A model generated the notes under the pieces. That model saw only the letters and a list, made by a program, of their open reading frames with translations, was not told the origin of the DNA and searched no databases. 32,000 nucleotides of DNA, from contig NZ_QLIR01000003.1 in NCBI RefSeq assembly GCF_003428155.1, forward strand, positions 1 to 32,000, given 5' to 3'. Shown one piece after another: positions 1 through 10,729 of the stretch; positions within the stretch are counted from its first letter, which is position 1, and every line of letters begins with the position of its first letter. The stretch comes from Fastidiosibacter lacustris (GTDB taxonomy: Bacteria; Pseudomonadota; Gammaproteobacteria; Francisellales; Francisellaceae). A program made the translations under genes and the position numbers.

Positions 1-1
1 G

Positions 2-274
2 ACGGCTGTTTTAACAGATACGGGCTATCAGGGGATACAGAAAATTCATGCTAACAGTCAACTTCCAAAGAAAAGAACTAAAAAAAATTCTTTCACGAAA
101 GAGGATAAAAAATCTAATAGAAAATTACCCAGTCTCCGTGTACTAAATGAAAACGTAATAGGCATGTTAAAACGTTTTAAAATTATTGCCGACAAATATC
201 GGAATAGACGAAAAAGGTTTGGACTTCGATTTAATTTAATAACGGGAATTTACAACTTTGAATTGACTAATTGA
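2..274 (+). mobile_element. C-terminal part of an IS5-family-like DDE transposase, 5' end outside the window (not in supplied ORF track)
   Basis: Frame 2 is open from base 2 to TGA at 272-274: TAVLTDTGYQGIQKIHANSQLPKKRTKKNSFTKEDKKSNRKLPSLRVLNENVIGMLKRFKIIADKYRNRRKRFGLRFNLITGIYNFELTN. The D.GYQGI..., ...R...ENVIG.LKRFKI....YRNRR..FGLR.NLI.GIYN pattern is typical of the C-terminus of IS5-type/DDE_Tnp_4 transposases. Confidence 0.85.
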
Positions 275-321
275 GGTTTGGAAAGAACTCTAATAAAGTG
301 AGTAAGCCCAATAACTGATAT

Positions 322-558
322 TTATTTGCGTAAAGATTTAAACCATTTATAGCGAAAGGTGTTCACGCTGGCATCGATTAAAAAGAAAATGACTGCAAGT
401 TCAGGTGAGAGAATATCACCAGTAATGGCATAAAGGAAAATGGCAAAAATAAGAATAAAAATTAATGAACGTACAGCCGCTTTGGCACCATTGAGTTTGA
501 ACAGTTCCATATGCGTCATCTTTGATTGGCGTTTAATTTCTTGTTCTTTGTCAGTCAT
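322..558 (-). CDS. Small protein with two predicted TM segments, immediately downstream of mnmE; start M5 (558) preferred over the supplied 570 start
   Basis: Hydrophobic stretches AAVRSLIFILIFAIFLYAITGDIL and LAVIFFLIDASVNTF. GGGAA-like SD precedes the ATG at 558, next to the mnmE stop. Confidence 0.6.
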   Translation of the reverse strand: MTDKEQEIKRQSKMTHMELFKLNGAKAAVRSLIFILIFAIFLYAITGDILSPELAVIFFLIDASVNTFRYKWFKSLRK

Positions 559-559
559 G

Positions 560-1909
560 TTATTTCCCAATACAAAAATTACTAAATATTTCTCCTAGGA
601 GGTCATCAGCGTTGAATTCACCAGTAATACTTGAAAGCTGCCCTTGAGCAAGGTTAAGCTCTTCGGCTAATAATTCTCCATCTTTATGTTGTAAATGCAG
701 TTGAGCAATTTCAAGGTGTTCTTTGGCTGCATTTAGAGCATTGATATGACGTTTCCTTGCGGTAAAAACACCTTCATTTGTTTGTGTATAACCAATAGCC
801 CTTAAAAGGTAATCACGTAGTTTATTGATACCAATACCATGTTTAGCAGAAATATATAGGTAATTATCATGATTTTGTGGATCATTATCTCTTAAATCAA
901 TCTTGTTATAAATATAAGTAATTGGAATGTAGTTAGGGATATGTTTAAAAAATTCAGGCGCAAGCTCAGTAATTTCTTTATCAATGGTATCTCTAATATC
1001 AGCAACAAGAAGAATATGATCGGCTTTCTTAATGGCTTCAAGTGCACGTCTAATTCCTTCGTTTTCAACTACATTGTCACTTATACGTAATCCTGCTGTA
1101 TCAATAATATGCACAGGTATACCGTTAATTTGGATATATTCACGTAAAGTGTCACGTGTGGTGCCTTCGATGTCAGTGACAATCGCTGTTTCTTTACCTG
1201 CTAAAGCATTGAGCAAACTTGACTTACCTGCATTGGGTTTGCCTGCAATCACAATTTCAACACCTTCACGCAGAAGTGCTCCTTGTTTTGAGTTTTCTAA
1301 AGTGAAGTTAAGTTGTTGATATAAGGTATTAAGTTGCGCCTCAATGTATGGATCTGCTAAAAAATCAATTTCCTCTTCTGGAAAGTCGATAGCTGCTTCA
1401 ACATGTACGCGCAGTTGAATAAGTGCGTGTACTAATGTGTCAATGTGTTTAGAAAATTCACCTTGTAAGGAGCGCATGGCTGACTTGGCAGCTTGCTCAG
1501 ATGAAGCATCAATAATATCAGCAATTGCTTCTGCTTGAGCAAGATCAATTTTGTCATTTAGATAGGCGCGCTCTGTAAACTCTCCAGGTTTGGCAAGACG
1601 CGCGCCATATTCCAGAGTTGTTTGTAAAATAAGATTCAAGAGTATAGGACCGCCATGAGCCTGTAATTCAACCACGTCTTCACCGGTATAGGAGTAGGGA
1701 GCTTTAAAATAGATCGCAATGCCTTGATCAAGTAGTTCATCTTGATGATTTTTAAATGTAAGAAAATGTGCATAACGTGGCTTAAGCCATGTTTTTGTCA
1801 CATTATAGGCAATAGCGTAGGCTTTTTCGCCAGAGATGCGAATAATACCAACACCTCCACGACCTGGGGCGGTTGCGATGGCAGCAATGGTGTCATTAGT
1901 TACACTCAT
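560..1909 (-). CDS. mnmE: tRNA uridine-5-carboxymethylaminomethyl modification GTPase MnmE
   Basis: N-terminus DTIAAIATAPGRGGVGIIRISG; YTGEDVVELQAHGG; P-loop GKPNAGKSSLLN; DIEGTTRD; DTAGLR; C-terminal FCIGK. Confidence 0.97.
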   Translation of the reverse strand: MSVTNDTIAAIATAPGRGGVGIIRISGEKAYAIAYNVTKTWLKPRYAHFLTFKNHQDELLDQGIAIYFKAPYSYTGEDVVELQAHGGPILLNLILQTTLEYGARLAKPGEFTERAYLNDKIDLAQAEAIADIIDASSEQAAKSAMRSLQGEFSKHIDTLVHALIQLRVHVEAAIDFPEEEIDFLADPYIEAQLNTLYQQLNFTLENSKQGALLREGVEIVIAGKPNAGKSSLLNALAGKETAIVTDIEGTTRDTLREYIQINGIPVHIIDTAGLRISDNVVENEGIRRALEAIKKADHILLVADIRDTIDKEITELAPEFFKHIPNYIPITYIYNKIDLRDNDPQNHDNYLYISAKHGIGINKLRDYLLRAIGYTQTNEGVFTARKRHINALNAAKEHLEIAQLHLQHKDGELLAEELNLAQGQLSSITGEFNADDLLGEIFSNFCIGK

Positions 1910-1965
1910 GGATTATGTTTTATAAGTTTCTATTTTTAAATATAACTTAGAATAGCGGATTTTAA

Positions 1966-2565
1966 TTACCAGAACCAGCTTTTTGAAGGGATATTACAAC
2001 GGCGTAGTTGATAAGCATAATTGTAGGCGGTATCTTGTGTTTTGCGTGCATAGTTGAGTAGGAATTGATTATTACGATAATTACCACGCAAATAACCTCC
2101 AATGCCTTGATTATATGCAAGATAAAGTTCATAGGCATTAGATTTAGAAATACCCGCTTTTTTATGTGCATAGTTACCATACCAACCTATAAAGTCAACA
2201 GCATCAGCAAAGTTCGTTCTATCTGCCCAACTATTTCCAGTAGATTTTTGGTAATGATCCCATGTACCATTTAGGGCTTGAGCATAACCGTAAGCCGTTG
2301 ATTGGCGACCGGTTGGAATAAAACCAAATGCATATTGCATAGGTGTTTTAGCATCGGCAATAAAGCTTGATTCATTACGAATGATCGCCCATTGCACACT
2401 AATGGGGATACCCCATTTTTTATATGAATTCAGCGAGTCGTAATACCAATTAGGATATTGTTGTGCCATAGTACAAGCATTATTGATGTTTTTAGGAGGA
2501 ACGGTTACACAGCCAGCTAAAGCTAAAATAGGGATAAGTAATAAGGGTTTTTTCTTAACTTTCAT
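1966..2565 (-). CDS. Lipoprotein with transglycosylase SLT/lysozyme-like domain
   Basis: Signal peptide with lipobox LALAGC; WAIIRNESSF (catalytic Glu context), AYGYAQ, AYNQG motifs of SLT-type lytic transglycosylases. Confidence 0.75.
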   Translation of the reverse strand: MKVKKKPLLLIPILALAGCVTVPPKNINNACTMAQQYPNWYYDSLNSYKKWGIPISVQWAIIRNESSFIADAKTPMQYAFGFIPTGRQSTAYGYAQALNGTWDHYQKSTGNSWADRTNFADAVDFIGWYGNYAHKKAGISKSNAYELYLAYNQGIGGYLRGNYRNNQFLLNYARKTQDTAYNYAYQLRRCNIPSKSWFW

Positions 2566-2716
2566 TAAAAAATAATTATTTAGTTTAATCTTTAATATAT
2601 TACAGACTAACGGATTTTATGATGAAGGCGAACAGTTTTTGAGATTTTTTTATTTCAACTTAGGCAAGGATGAGCTAAGTTATGGCGATATTAAAATAAG
2701 TGATCAATTTTTAAGT

Positions 2717-3295
2717 ATGGCAAAACTTCACTTTTATTATTCGACAATGAATGCGGGTAAAAGCACAACTTTGTTGCAATCGGATTATAATTACCGTGAG
2801 CGAGGCATGTATACTTTATTGTTTGCCCCAAAATTTGATGATCGTTATGGTTTGGGTAAAATTACTTCACGTTTAGGTTTGCAAGCAGATGCGGTTTTAT
2901 ATGACAAAGATACAGATCTTTACGCTTATGTATATGCACACGTCAGAAATTATGCACTCCATTGTGTGTTAATTGATGAAGCACAGTTCTTGACAAAAGC
3001 ACAAGTGTTGCAATTAAGCGATGTTGTTGATGTGCTTAATATCCCTGTGCTTGCATATGGTTTAAGAAACGATTTTCAGGCAGAACCTTTTGAAGGTAGT
3101 AAATATTTGCTTACTTGGGCTGATCAGCTAATTGAAATAAAAACCATTTGCCATTGTGGTAAGAAAGCAACCCATGTATTACGTTTAGGTGAGAATGGAC
3201 AAGTAGTGAAAGAAGGTGATCAATTACAAATTGGTGGCAATGATCACTATGTGTCGGTATGTCGTAAGCATTTTAAAGATAATTTGATTGATTAA
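2717..3295 (+). CDS. tdk: Thymidine kinase; start likely ATG 2717 rather than ORF start 2639
   Basis: [23 protein letters not shown]-loop, [24 protein letters not shown]...C zinc site. Family proteins normally start a few residues before the FYYSxMNAGKS motif. Confidence 0.93.
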   Translation: MAKLHFYYSTMNAGKSTTLLQSDYNYRERGMYTLLFAPKFDDRYGLGKITSRLGLQADAVLYDKDTDLYAYVYAHVRNYALHCVLIDEAQFLTKAQVLQLSDVVDVLNIPVLAYGLRNDFQAEPFEGSKYLLTWADQLIEIKTICHCGKKATHVLRLGENGQVVKEGDQLQIGGNDHYVSVCRKHFKDNLID

Positions 3296-3377
3296 TGCCT
3301 TTACCTGCTGTCAATTTTCAATAAAACTCTGTTACACTTTAAATATCTTAAGAGCTTATAATTGGAGAATATAACAA

Positions 3378-4613
3378 GTGAAATCGTATTTAGCTGCACG
3401 TGCAGCTTTATTTAAAAATATATCGTTTACCTGTGCGTGTGTGATGGGGTTTTTCTCAGCTATTGCTATTGGCGTGGCTTATGTGTCTTTTAGTTGGCAT
3501 TTATTAAGTCTTTATAATAGTGTTAATGCTATTATTATTTTTATGTTTAGTTGGTGGGTATTTGGTGCAGTGCTTTCACCAATTACAGGATATTTTGCCG
3601 ATAAGTTTCCACGTCAGAAAATCATAGTTGTCACAAATAGTGCACGTGTGTTATTAATTTCTATTTTCTTGTTATTTGGAAGTTTGGACAGTTTAATGGA
3701 AGTTTATATTTTCACCAGTTTATGGGGGGTTATCCTGGCATTTTATATGCCAGCGATGCTTATTATGATACGTGAAATTTTGATTGATGATAGTAGGTTA
3801 TTATATGCCAATAGCACTATGGATGGCATATTTGAGATTGGGATGGTAGCTGGTATGTCTTTAGGTGGTTTAATGGTTGCCATTTTTGACATGCACGAGA
3901 TTTTATATTTTCTTTTAGCTGGAACGAGCATTGCCCTTATTGCAAGCGTAGGTGTGAAACCTGCTCGAGAAGTAGAAAAAAATGAAGGTGGATTTATTGA
4001 AAATTGGCGATTAGTTTATAGGTTTTTATGTGCTAGACGTTTTGTTTTCTGGTTTTATACTGCCCAAATTGGATTTACTTGTTTGTTTATGGTAGTGCCA
4101 ATTTTTATTGCACCTTATGCCAAGAATATATTACAAGCAAGCTCATGGGAGTTTGGCTTGATCGAAACAGGATTCTCAGTCGGTTTTATCATTGGTTCTT
4201 TGTTTTTACCATGGATTGCTGATAAAAAGGGTGAAGTAAGTACGATTATAGTTGCTTTGGCTGTGTCATCATGCTTATATTTAGCGTTAGCTTTGATTCA
4301 TAGTGTTACCTTAGCATTTATACTTTACTTTTTTATTGGGATGTGTATTTCATGTTGGGCAATTGTTGTAACTTTGGCACAGAAAAATACGGATATTACT
4401 TTACAAGGTAAGGCTCAAGGGATGAGTTATGGTTTGTCGGGTATGATGGTAATGTGTGTCTATATGAGTTTTTTCATCATCAATAATGTTACGCATTTAC
4501 CAAGTAATCGATGGTTTTATTTCATTATTGTGTTGGCTTTATTGATCATGTATCCATTGTTCAAAGGTCAATATCTACAAAAGCAGGTATTGAAAGAGCT
4601 AATAAAAAATTAA
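3378..4613 (+). CDS. Major facilitator superfamily transporter
   Basis: About 12 hydrophobic segments; GYFADKFPRQKIIVVTNSAR loop 2-3 MFS motif; second-half counterpart WIADKKG. Confidence 0.85.
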   Translation: MKSYLAARAALFKNISFTCACVMGFFSAIAIGVAYVSFSWHLLSLYNSVNAIIIFMFSWWVFGAVLSPITGYFADKFPRQKIIVVTNSARVLLISIFLLFGSLDSLMEVYIFTSLWGVILAFYMPAMLIMIREILIDDSRLLYANSTMDGIFEIGMVAGMSLGGLMVAIFDMHEILYFLLAGTSIALIASVGVKPAREVEKNEGGFIENWRLVYRFLCARRFVFWFYTAQIGFTCLFMVVPIFIAPYAKNILQASSWEFGLIETGFSVGFIIGSLFLPWIADKKGEVSTIIVALAVSSCLYLALALIHSVTLAFILYFFIGMCISCWAIVVTLAQKNTDITLQGKAQGMSYGLSGMMVMCVYMSFFIINNVTHLPSNRWFYFIIVLALLIMYPLFKGQYLQKQVLKELIKN

Positions 4614-4687
4614 CTAATGCCATTTGAAAAAAAACACATTAAAATGATGGTGTCAAAATATAACAAGTATGATTTTAAAAAAGCATT

Positions 4688-5704
4688 ATGAAAACCTGTT
4701 TGATTGTAAAAACTTCTTCCTTAGGCGATATTTTGCATACATTGCCTGCGTTAACTGAAGCAAAGCAACATGAACCTAATCTTAAATTTGATTGGGTAAT
4801 AGAAAAGTCATTTGCAGAAATTCCGCGTTGGCATGAAGCAGTTGATGAAGTGATAGAAATTGAGATTCGCAAATGGCGTAAGAATATCTTTAAATACTTT
4901 TCAGAGATTCGAGCATTTAAAAAAAGGCTTAAAGCTAAGCATTATGATTATGTAATTGATGCACAAGGTTTGTTAAAAAGCGCTTGGATTACAAAAACTG
5001 CTAAAGGCATAAAATATGGTTTAGACAAGGAATCAGCAAGAGAGCCAGCAGCAAGTTTCTTTTATAATAAAAAGTTAAAAGTAGAAAAAGCAATGCACGC
5101 TATTATACGCGTGAAGTATTTATTTGCTAAAGTTTTTGGTTATGAATCGTCGTCTAACGTTGGCTATGGTATCAAATATGAATGGTCAGTGACTCAAGCT
5201 AAAAAGCAAGTGGTTTTTTTACATGCAACGACTTGGTCCAGTAAGCATTGGGCGCTATCGCATTGGCAAAGTCTTGCAAAATTATTAGCAAAAGCTGATA
5301 TAAAAGTATTACTACCGTGGGGAAATGAGCAAGAGCGAAAACAAGCCAACTTGATTGCTCACAACAATTCTAATACGATTGTGCTTGAGAAAATGCAGTT
5401 ATCACAATTGGCCGAATTATTTTCTCAAAGTCAGGCGGTTGTTGCAGTGGATACTGGTCTTGCTCATTTAGCAGCAGCTTGTGGTGCACCAGTCATTGGT
5501 ATTTATGGCTCAACTTCAGCAAAATTAACAGGTGCACTTGGTAAGCAAGTGATTCATCTATCATCTACGTTGACATGTTCACCTTGTTTGAAAAAAGTGT
5601 GTCCGATTACCAAGGACCTTTTTGCACCTTGTGAAGTATCAATAGCAACACAATCGGTATATGATAAATTAATGAGTATAATTCAAGCTTCTATTGTTCA
5701 CTAA
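4688..5704 (+). CDS. waaC: ADP-heptose:LPS heptosyltransferase I-like, GT9 family
   Basis: LIVKTSSLGDILHTLPALTEA; YVIDAQGLLKSAW; LLPWGNEQER; VAVDTGLAHLAAACGAPVIGIYGSTS. Confidence 0.87.
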   Translation: MKTCLIVKTSSLGDILHTLPALTEAKQHEPNLKFDWVIEKSFAEIPRWHEAVDEVIEIEIRKWRKNIFKYFSEIRAFKKRLKAKHYDYVIDAQGLLKSAWITKTAKGIKYGLDKESAREPAASFFYNKKLKVEKAMHAIIRVKYLFAKVFGYESSSNVGYGIKYEWSVTQAKKQVVFLHATTWSSKHWALSHWQSLAKLLAKADIKVLLPWGNEQERKQANLIAHNNSNTIVLEKMQLSQLAELFSQSQAVVAVDTGLAHLAAACGAPVIGIYGSTSAKLTGALGKQVIHLSSTLTCSPCLKKVCPITKDLFAPCEVSIATQSVYDKLMSIIQASIVH

Positions 5705-5734
5705 AATGGATAAATTAAAGCGAAGGAAAAGAAT

Positions 5735-7147
5735 GTGAAAAAGTATTTTTTATATATAGGTATTGCTTTTACCTTATCGATTTGCGCATATGCTAAGCAA
5801 TATACTTCTCTAACAGAGAACGTTAACCAACTGATTAAGAGTAATGGGCTTAATTCAGCATCGATTGCAATTAAGGTGTTGGATGCAAGCACAGGAGAAA
5901 ATGTGTTTTCACTCAATGAATATAAAAATCATATGCCTGCAAGTAACACAAAGCTTGTAACTGCAGTATCTGCCTTGTTAGTTCTTGGGCAGGATTATCA
6001 GTATCAGACCAAACTTTATTATGATAGTAAAGTTAGTTCAACTGAAATTCATAATCTCTATATCGATTTCTCAGGTGATCCAAGTCTGACAACTAAATCT
6101 ATGACAAACTTACTGCAAGCGTTAGTAAGAGCTAACATAAAAAATATAAAAGGTGACGTCTTTCTAGTTAATCGCTTCTTTCAAGGGCGTGATTATCCAA
6201 TTAACCAAAGTCAAAGTGATTCTATATTTGGGTATGGTGCACCATCGTCAATTTATAATTTAAATGAAAATGCAGTGGCTTTATCGTTTACCCCGAAAGT
6301 GCATGGCTTTGATGTTAAGCAAGTCGAAGGTGAGTCTATTATCTACCAAAATGAAGTGGTTGCGGCTAACGATAAGATGCTTAAAACTTGTCAATTTAAT
6401 GCCAAGAGTGATCAAAATAACGTGCTTATTTTAGCAGGTTGCTTACCTAAAGCACCGTATACATTTCGCCTTGCTATTCCAGATCCTACATTGATGATGC
6501 AAACCTTTGTTAAACAGAAGATCAAAGCACTTGAAATAGGCTTAGTAGGTGAGGTGAGAATAACGACAAGCTTGCCTGAAAAAGCTAAGCAAATTGCAAC
6601 ACATTTTTCACCTAAGCTTTCGGTTTTGACAAAACATATGTTACAGACTTCAGATAATTTATATGCACAGACGCTAGTTAGAACAATTGGTTATTATCAC
6701 TATGGTGTAGGGAGTATTGTAGCAGGTAAAAATGCAATGCTTGAAATACTTAAAGATAAACTTGACTTAGATGTGAGTAGTATTCAACTGGAAGATGGTG
6801 CAGGAATGTCAGCAAATAACCTTTTGAGTACTGATTTTCTAAGTGATCTATTGTATAAGATGCAAACACAAAAAGTGTTTGATGTTTTTGAACAAGCATT
6901 ACCTGTTTATACTAAAAATGCAATTCCCGCTCATCGCAAAAATGAGTGGTTAAAAGGAAAGGTTATTGCTAAAACAGGTACAGGAACAACTGTAAGTGCA
7001 TTATCTGGCTACCTATGTACAAAAGATAGAAAGCGTTACGTGTTCTCTATTTTAATTTCAGATCTAACAAATCATCAAAGAAAAACGGCATTGGTATTTC
7101 AGTCACAGTTTTTGGAAAGTCTATATGAGCTTAAGTTTCAGCATTAA
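5735..7147 (+). CDS. dacB: D-alanyl-D-alanine carboxypeptidase/endopeptidase (PBP4 family, serine)
   Basis: Signal peptide; SxxK in PASNTKLVT, SDN in QTSDNLYAQT, KTG in IAKTGTG. Confidence 0.88.
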   Translation: MKKYFLYIGIAFTLSICAYAKQYTSLTENVNQLIKSNGLNSASIAIKVLDASTGENVFSLNEYKNHMPASNTKLVTAVSALLVLGQDYQYQTKLYYDSKVSSTEIHNLYIDFSGDPSLTTKSMTNLLQALVRANIKNIKGDVFLVNRFFQGRDYPINQSQSDSIFGYGAPSSIYNLNENAVALSFTPKVHGFDVKQVEGESIIYQNEVVAANDKMLKTCQFNAKSDQNNVLILAGCLPKAPYTFRLAIPDPTLMMQTFVKQKIKALEIGLVGEVRITTSLPEKAKQIATHFSPKLSVLTKHMLQTSDNLYAQTLVRTIGYYHYGVGSIVAGKNAMLEILKDKLDLDVSSIQLEDGAGMSANNLLSTDFLSDLLYKMQTQKVFDVFEQALPVYTKNAIPAHRKNEWLKGKVIAKTGTGTTVSALSGYLCTKDRKRYVFSILISDLTNHQRKTALVFQSQFLESLYELKFQH

Positions 7148-7234
7148 ACAGCTAGACAATTAGGCGTGCAAATTATAAACTTTGACGCTGAATAAAACCT
7201 TGAAAGAAAATGATAAATTAAATAAGGAAAAACA

Positions 7235-8551
7235 ATGCAAGTATCTGTTGAGAGAAAAGAGGGCATTCACTGTGTATTGAATATTGAGTTGCCTGCTGGT
7301 GAAATTGAACAAGAAGTCTCTAAGCGCATTCAGCGCATTGCAAGAACAGCTAAAATTGATGGCTTTAGACCAGGTAAAGTGCCAACAGGTATGATTAAGA
7401 AAAAATATGGTGAACAAGTCCGTTTTGAAGTTTTAGGTGATTTATTACCCATCAAGTATTCAAAGGCATTAAAAGATGAAAAACTTGAAGCAGCTGGAGT
7501 TGAAATTGAAATCCTTCAAAACGAAGAAGGTAAGGCACTTAAATTTAATGTTAATATTGAGCTTTTCCCTGAAGTGATAATTAAAGATTTAGATAAAATT
7601 GAAGTGAAAAAACCAGTCGTTGAATTATCTGAAGTACAGACGGACAAGATGATTGAAAACTTACGTAAACAACTTGCAGTTTGGAATGAAGTTGATCGTG
7701 AAGTTAAAAAAGACGATCGAGTAATCATTGATTTTGTTGGTCGGGTTGATGGGCAAGTCTTTGAAGGAGGTTCTGTAAATGCTTATGAGATAGTTATTGG
7801 TTCAGGTCAAATGATTCCTGGATTTGAAGATGGCATTATTGGCATGAAAAAAGATGAAGATAAAACAATTCACGTTACTTTCCCTGAGGACTATCAAAAC
7901 GATGAACTTAAAAGTAAAGCAGCACAATTTAACGTCGTTGTTAAAAGTATAAAAGAGGCGGTTTTACCAGAAATCAATGATAAATTTGTTGAGCAGTTTG
8001 GTATTAAAGGTGGCGTTGAAGAATTTTACGCTGAAATTAAACAAAATATGGCACGAGAACTTAAAAATGCAATCCATAAGACAATCAAGCAGCAAGTGTT
8101 TGAACAATTGGTTAAACTTATTGAGTTTGAAGTACCAAAAGCCTTGATTCAACGTGAAATTGATCGTGCTAAGCAGGACTTAATTAAGCGCATAGATGGC
8201 AAAAAAGCGCAAGTTAAAGCTGAAAATTTATCGGATGATTTATTTAGAGATCGGGCTGAACACACTGTAAAGCTTGGTTTAATTTTCCAAGCAATCGTAC
8301 ATGAACAGCGGTTTGAAGCGGATCAAGCAAGCATTGATGAACTAATTGAAGAAATGGCATCTATTTATGAAGATGCGCAAGAAGTCCGTGATCACGTTAA
8401 AAATAACAAACAAGAATTTGATAATATCAAGAACGTTGTGATCGAGAACAAGTTGGTGGATTGGGTCGTTGAGCAAGGTAAATCAATCGAAAAAGAAGAA
8501 GATTTTTTTGATTTAATTCGAAATGCTTTACCTCAAGGACTCACGTTCTAA
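7235..8551 (+). CDS. tig: Trigger factor (peptidyl-prolyl cis/trans isomerase)
   Basis: Ribosome-binding signature GFRPGKVP; FKBP-like core DRVIIDFVGRVDG..F.GG...; located upstream of clpP-clpX-lon. Confidence 0.97.
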   Translation: MQVSVERKEGIHCVLNIELPAGEIEQEVSKRIQRIARTAKIDGFRPGKVPTGMIKKKYGEQVRFEVLGDLLPIKYSKALKDEKLEAAGVEIEILQNEEGKALKFNVNIELFPEVIIKDLDKIEVKKPVVELSEVQTDKMIENLRKQLAVWNEVDREVKKDDRVIIDFVGRVDGQVFEGGSVNAYEIVIGSGQMIPGFEDGIIGMKKDEDKTIHVTFPEDYQNDELKSKAAQFNVVVKSIKEAVLPEINDKFVEQFGIKGGVEEFYAEIKQNMARELKNAIHKTIKQQVFEQLVKLIEFEVPKALIQREIDRAKQDLIKRIDGKKAQVKAENLSDDLFRDRAEHTVKLGLIFQAIVHEQRFEADQASIDELIEEMASIYEDAQEVRDHVKNNKQEFDNIKNVVIENKLVDWVVEQGKSIEKEEDFFDLIRNALPQGLTF

Positions 8552-8573
8552 AGGTGATGTGGCTTCAATCATT

Positions 8574-8606
8574 CATTTTTGTGCCAGTAAAACACTGGTG
8601 AAAATG
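8574..8606 (+). terminator. Possible imperfect hairpin following tig
   Basis: CATTTTTGTGCCAGT-AAAAC-ACTGGTGAAAATG followed by TTTT; CCAGT/ACTGG core plus outer CATTTT/AAAATG arms. Confidence 0.35.
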
Positions 8607-8624
8607 TTTTAATAAAATTAAACT

Positions 8625-8648
8625 AAGGCCACGTTTGTGGCTTTTTTA
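8625..8648 (+). terminator. Rho-independent terminator between tig and clpP
   Basis: AAG-GCCAC-GTTT-GTGGC-TTTTTTATT: GCCAC/GTGGC stem, 4-nt loop and U-tract. Confidence 0.65.
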
Positions 8649-8665
8649 TTATTAGTATTTTAGAG

Positions 8666-8687
8666 TGGTACAAATTTCTTTGTACCA
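8666..8687. promoter_or_regulatory. Perfect 9-bp inverted repeat upstream of clpP
   Basis: TGGTACAAA-TTTC-TTTGTACCA, 31 nt before the clpP ORF start. Confidence 0.45.
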
Positions 8688-8717
8688 TAGATAAAATACG
8701 TAAAATATGGATGTAAG

Positions 8718-9338
8718 GTGAAAAATATGATTACAAATAATTTAGTACCAATTGTTGTAGAGCAAACTGCGCGTGGAGAGCGCTCATATGACATATACTC
8801 ACGTTTATTAAAGGAGCGTATTGTCTTTTTAAATGGCGAGGTTCACGATGTATCTGCAAATTTGGTAATTGCACAATTATTATTCTTAGAGTCTGAAAAC
8901 CCAGACAAAGATATTTATTTTTATATTAATTCACCAGGTGGTTCGGTCACGGCTGGAATGGGAATATATGATACTATGCAATTTATTAAACCAAATGTAA
9001 GTACGATTTGTATTGGGCTTGCTGCAAGTATGGGAGCCGTATTACTAGCTGCTGGCGAAAAAGGAAAGCGTTATAGTTTACCTCACTCCCAAATTATGAT
9101 CCATCAACCATTAGGTGGGTTTAGAGGTCAAGCTTCCGATGTTGAGATTCATGCTCGCAATATGCTTAGAATTAAAGAACGCTTAAATCAAGTACTAGCT
9201 CGCCATACAGGTAAAGATTATGAGCAGATGGTAAAAGATACAGATCGTGATAACTTCATGATGGCAGAAGAATCCAAAGAGTATGGTTTAATTGATCAAG
9301 TGATTGAATCACGATTAAGTATTCCTGGAACAAAATAA
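8718..9338 (+). CDS. clpP: ATP-dependent Clp protease proteolytic subunit
   Basis: [21 protein letters not shown]; [19 protein letters not shown] (catalytic Ser); MIHQPLGG (His); RDNFM.A.E..EYGLID. Confidence 0.98.
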   Translation: MKNMITNNLVPIVVEQTARGERSYDIYSRLLKERIVFLNGEVHDVSANLVIAQLLFLESENPDKDIYFYINSPGGSVTAGMGIYDTMQFIKPNVSTICIGLAASMGAVLLAAGEKGKRYSLPHSQIMIHQPLGGFRGQASDVEIHARNMLRIKERLNQVLARHTGKDYEQMVKDTDRDNFMMAEESKEYGLIDQVIESRLSIPGTK

Positions 9339-9410
9339 ATTTTATTAGCTTGAATTTATATTACTTAAACCCATTTCTTTGAGGTTTTAAAGTGTTAAAG
9401 AGAGGTTTTT

Positions 9411-10715
9411 ATGCCAAGAAAAAGACGTGGCGATGGGGATGGTAGCAGTATGCGTACACTTTATTGTTCATTTTGTGGAAAATCTCAGCAGGAAGTGCGT
9501 AAACTGATTGCAGGTCCTTCTGTGTATATTTGTAATGAATGTGTTGTATTATGTGAAGATATTATTGGTAAAGACGTTAGTTATAGTCCAGAGCATGATT
9601 TTTCAACACCTGAAGGAAAAAAGAAACTACCAAAACCAGCTGAGATTAAAAAGCATCTTGACGAATATATTATTGGTCAAGATGTGCCTAAAAAAATATT
9701 ATCCGTTGCTGTTTATAATCATTATAAACGTATCTATAACAAACAATCTCAAGATGAAGACGTAACATTAGCAAAAAGCAACATTTTGCTATTAGGACCT
9801 ACAGGATCAGGTAAAACGTTATTAGCACAAACGCTTGCGAAAATGCTTAATGTACCTTTTGCAATTGCAGATGCAACCACCTTAACTGAGGCAGGTTACG
9901 TGGGTGAAGATGTTGAGAATGTCATACAAAAGCTGTTACAGAATGCAGATTATGACACCAAAAAAGCAGAGTGTGGAATCATTTATATTGATGAGATCGA
10001 CAAAATTGCACGTAAATCTGAAAACCCATCAATTACACGAGATGTCTCTGGCGAAGGTGTGCAGCAAGCCTTGTTAAAACTCATTGAAGGCACGATTGCA
10101 TCTGTGCCACTAAAAGGTGGGCGCAAGCATCCAAATCAAGATTTAGAACAAGTTGACACAACAAATATTTTATTTATTTGTGGTGGTGCATTTGCTGGAA
10201 TTGAATCAATTATTCAGCAACGTACCGAAAAATCAGGAATTGGTTTTGGTGCAGAAGTATTTGGACGTAATGATCAAGTATCTCACAATCGGTTATTAAA
10301 ACAGGTTGAACCTGGAGATTTGGTTAAATTTGGGATTATTCCAGAATTGATTGGTCGGTTACCAGTTATGGCAATTCTTGAGGAGTTAGATGAAGAAGCA
10401 CTCGTTCAAATTTTAACTAAACCTAAAAATGCGCTTATTAAACAATATACTAAGCTGTTCGATATGGAAGAGGTTAACGTTGAATTTACACCAGAAGCGA
10501 TCAGGGCTACAGCGCACAATGCAGTGAAACGTAAAACAGGTGCACGTGGATTACGATCTATATTAGAAAATGCACTTTTAAATATCATGTTTGAAGCACC
10601 TTCAATCGATAACGTTGAAAAAGTCGTGATTGATGATTCTGTAATAAATGGTTTTGATGAACCGCTTATTATCTTAAAGGATCAAGCACATTTTAGATTA
10701 GCATCAGGTCAATAA
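9411..10715 (+). CDS. clpX: ATP-dependent Clp protease ATP-binding subunit ClpX
   Basis: N-terminal zinc finger CSFCGK...CNECV; [18 protein letters not shown]; [13 protein letters not shown]; RPNQ-type and IGRLPV motifs. Confidence 0.98.
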   Translation: MPRKRRGDGDGSSMRTLYCSFCGKSQQEVRKLIAGPSVYICNECVVLCEDIIGKDVSYSPEHDFSTPEGKKKLPKPAEIKKHLDEYIIGQDVPKKILSVAVYNHYKRIYNKQSQDEDVTLAKSNILLLGPTGSGKTLLAQTLAKMLNVPFAIADATTLTEAGYVGEDVENVIQKLLQNADYDTKKAECGIIYIDEIDKIARKSENPSITRDVSGEGVQQALLKLIEGTIASVPLKGGRKHPNQDLEQVDTTNILFICGGAFAGIESIIQQRTEKSGIGFGAEVFGRNDQVSHNRLLKQVEPGDLVKFGIIPELIGRLPVMAILEELDEEALVQILTKPKNALIKQYTKLFDMEEVNVEFTPEAIRATAHNAVKRKTGARGLRSILENALLNIMFEAPSIDNVEKVVIDDSVINGFDEPLIILKDQAHFRLASGQ

Positions 10716-10729
10716 GGTCGGATAAACTC

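Noticed and set aside
1032-1319. Plus-strand ORF of 95 aa inside mnmE
   Set aside because: Antisense to a highly conserved MnmE coding region; no RBS or recognisable motif.
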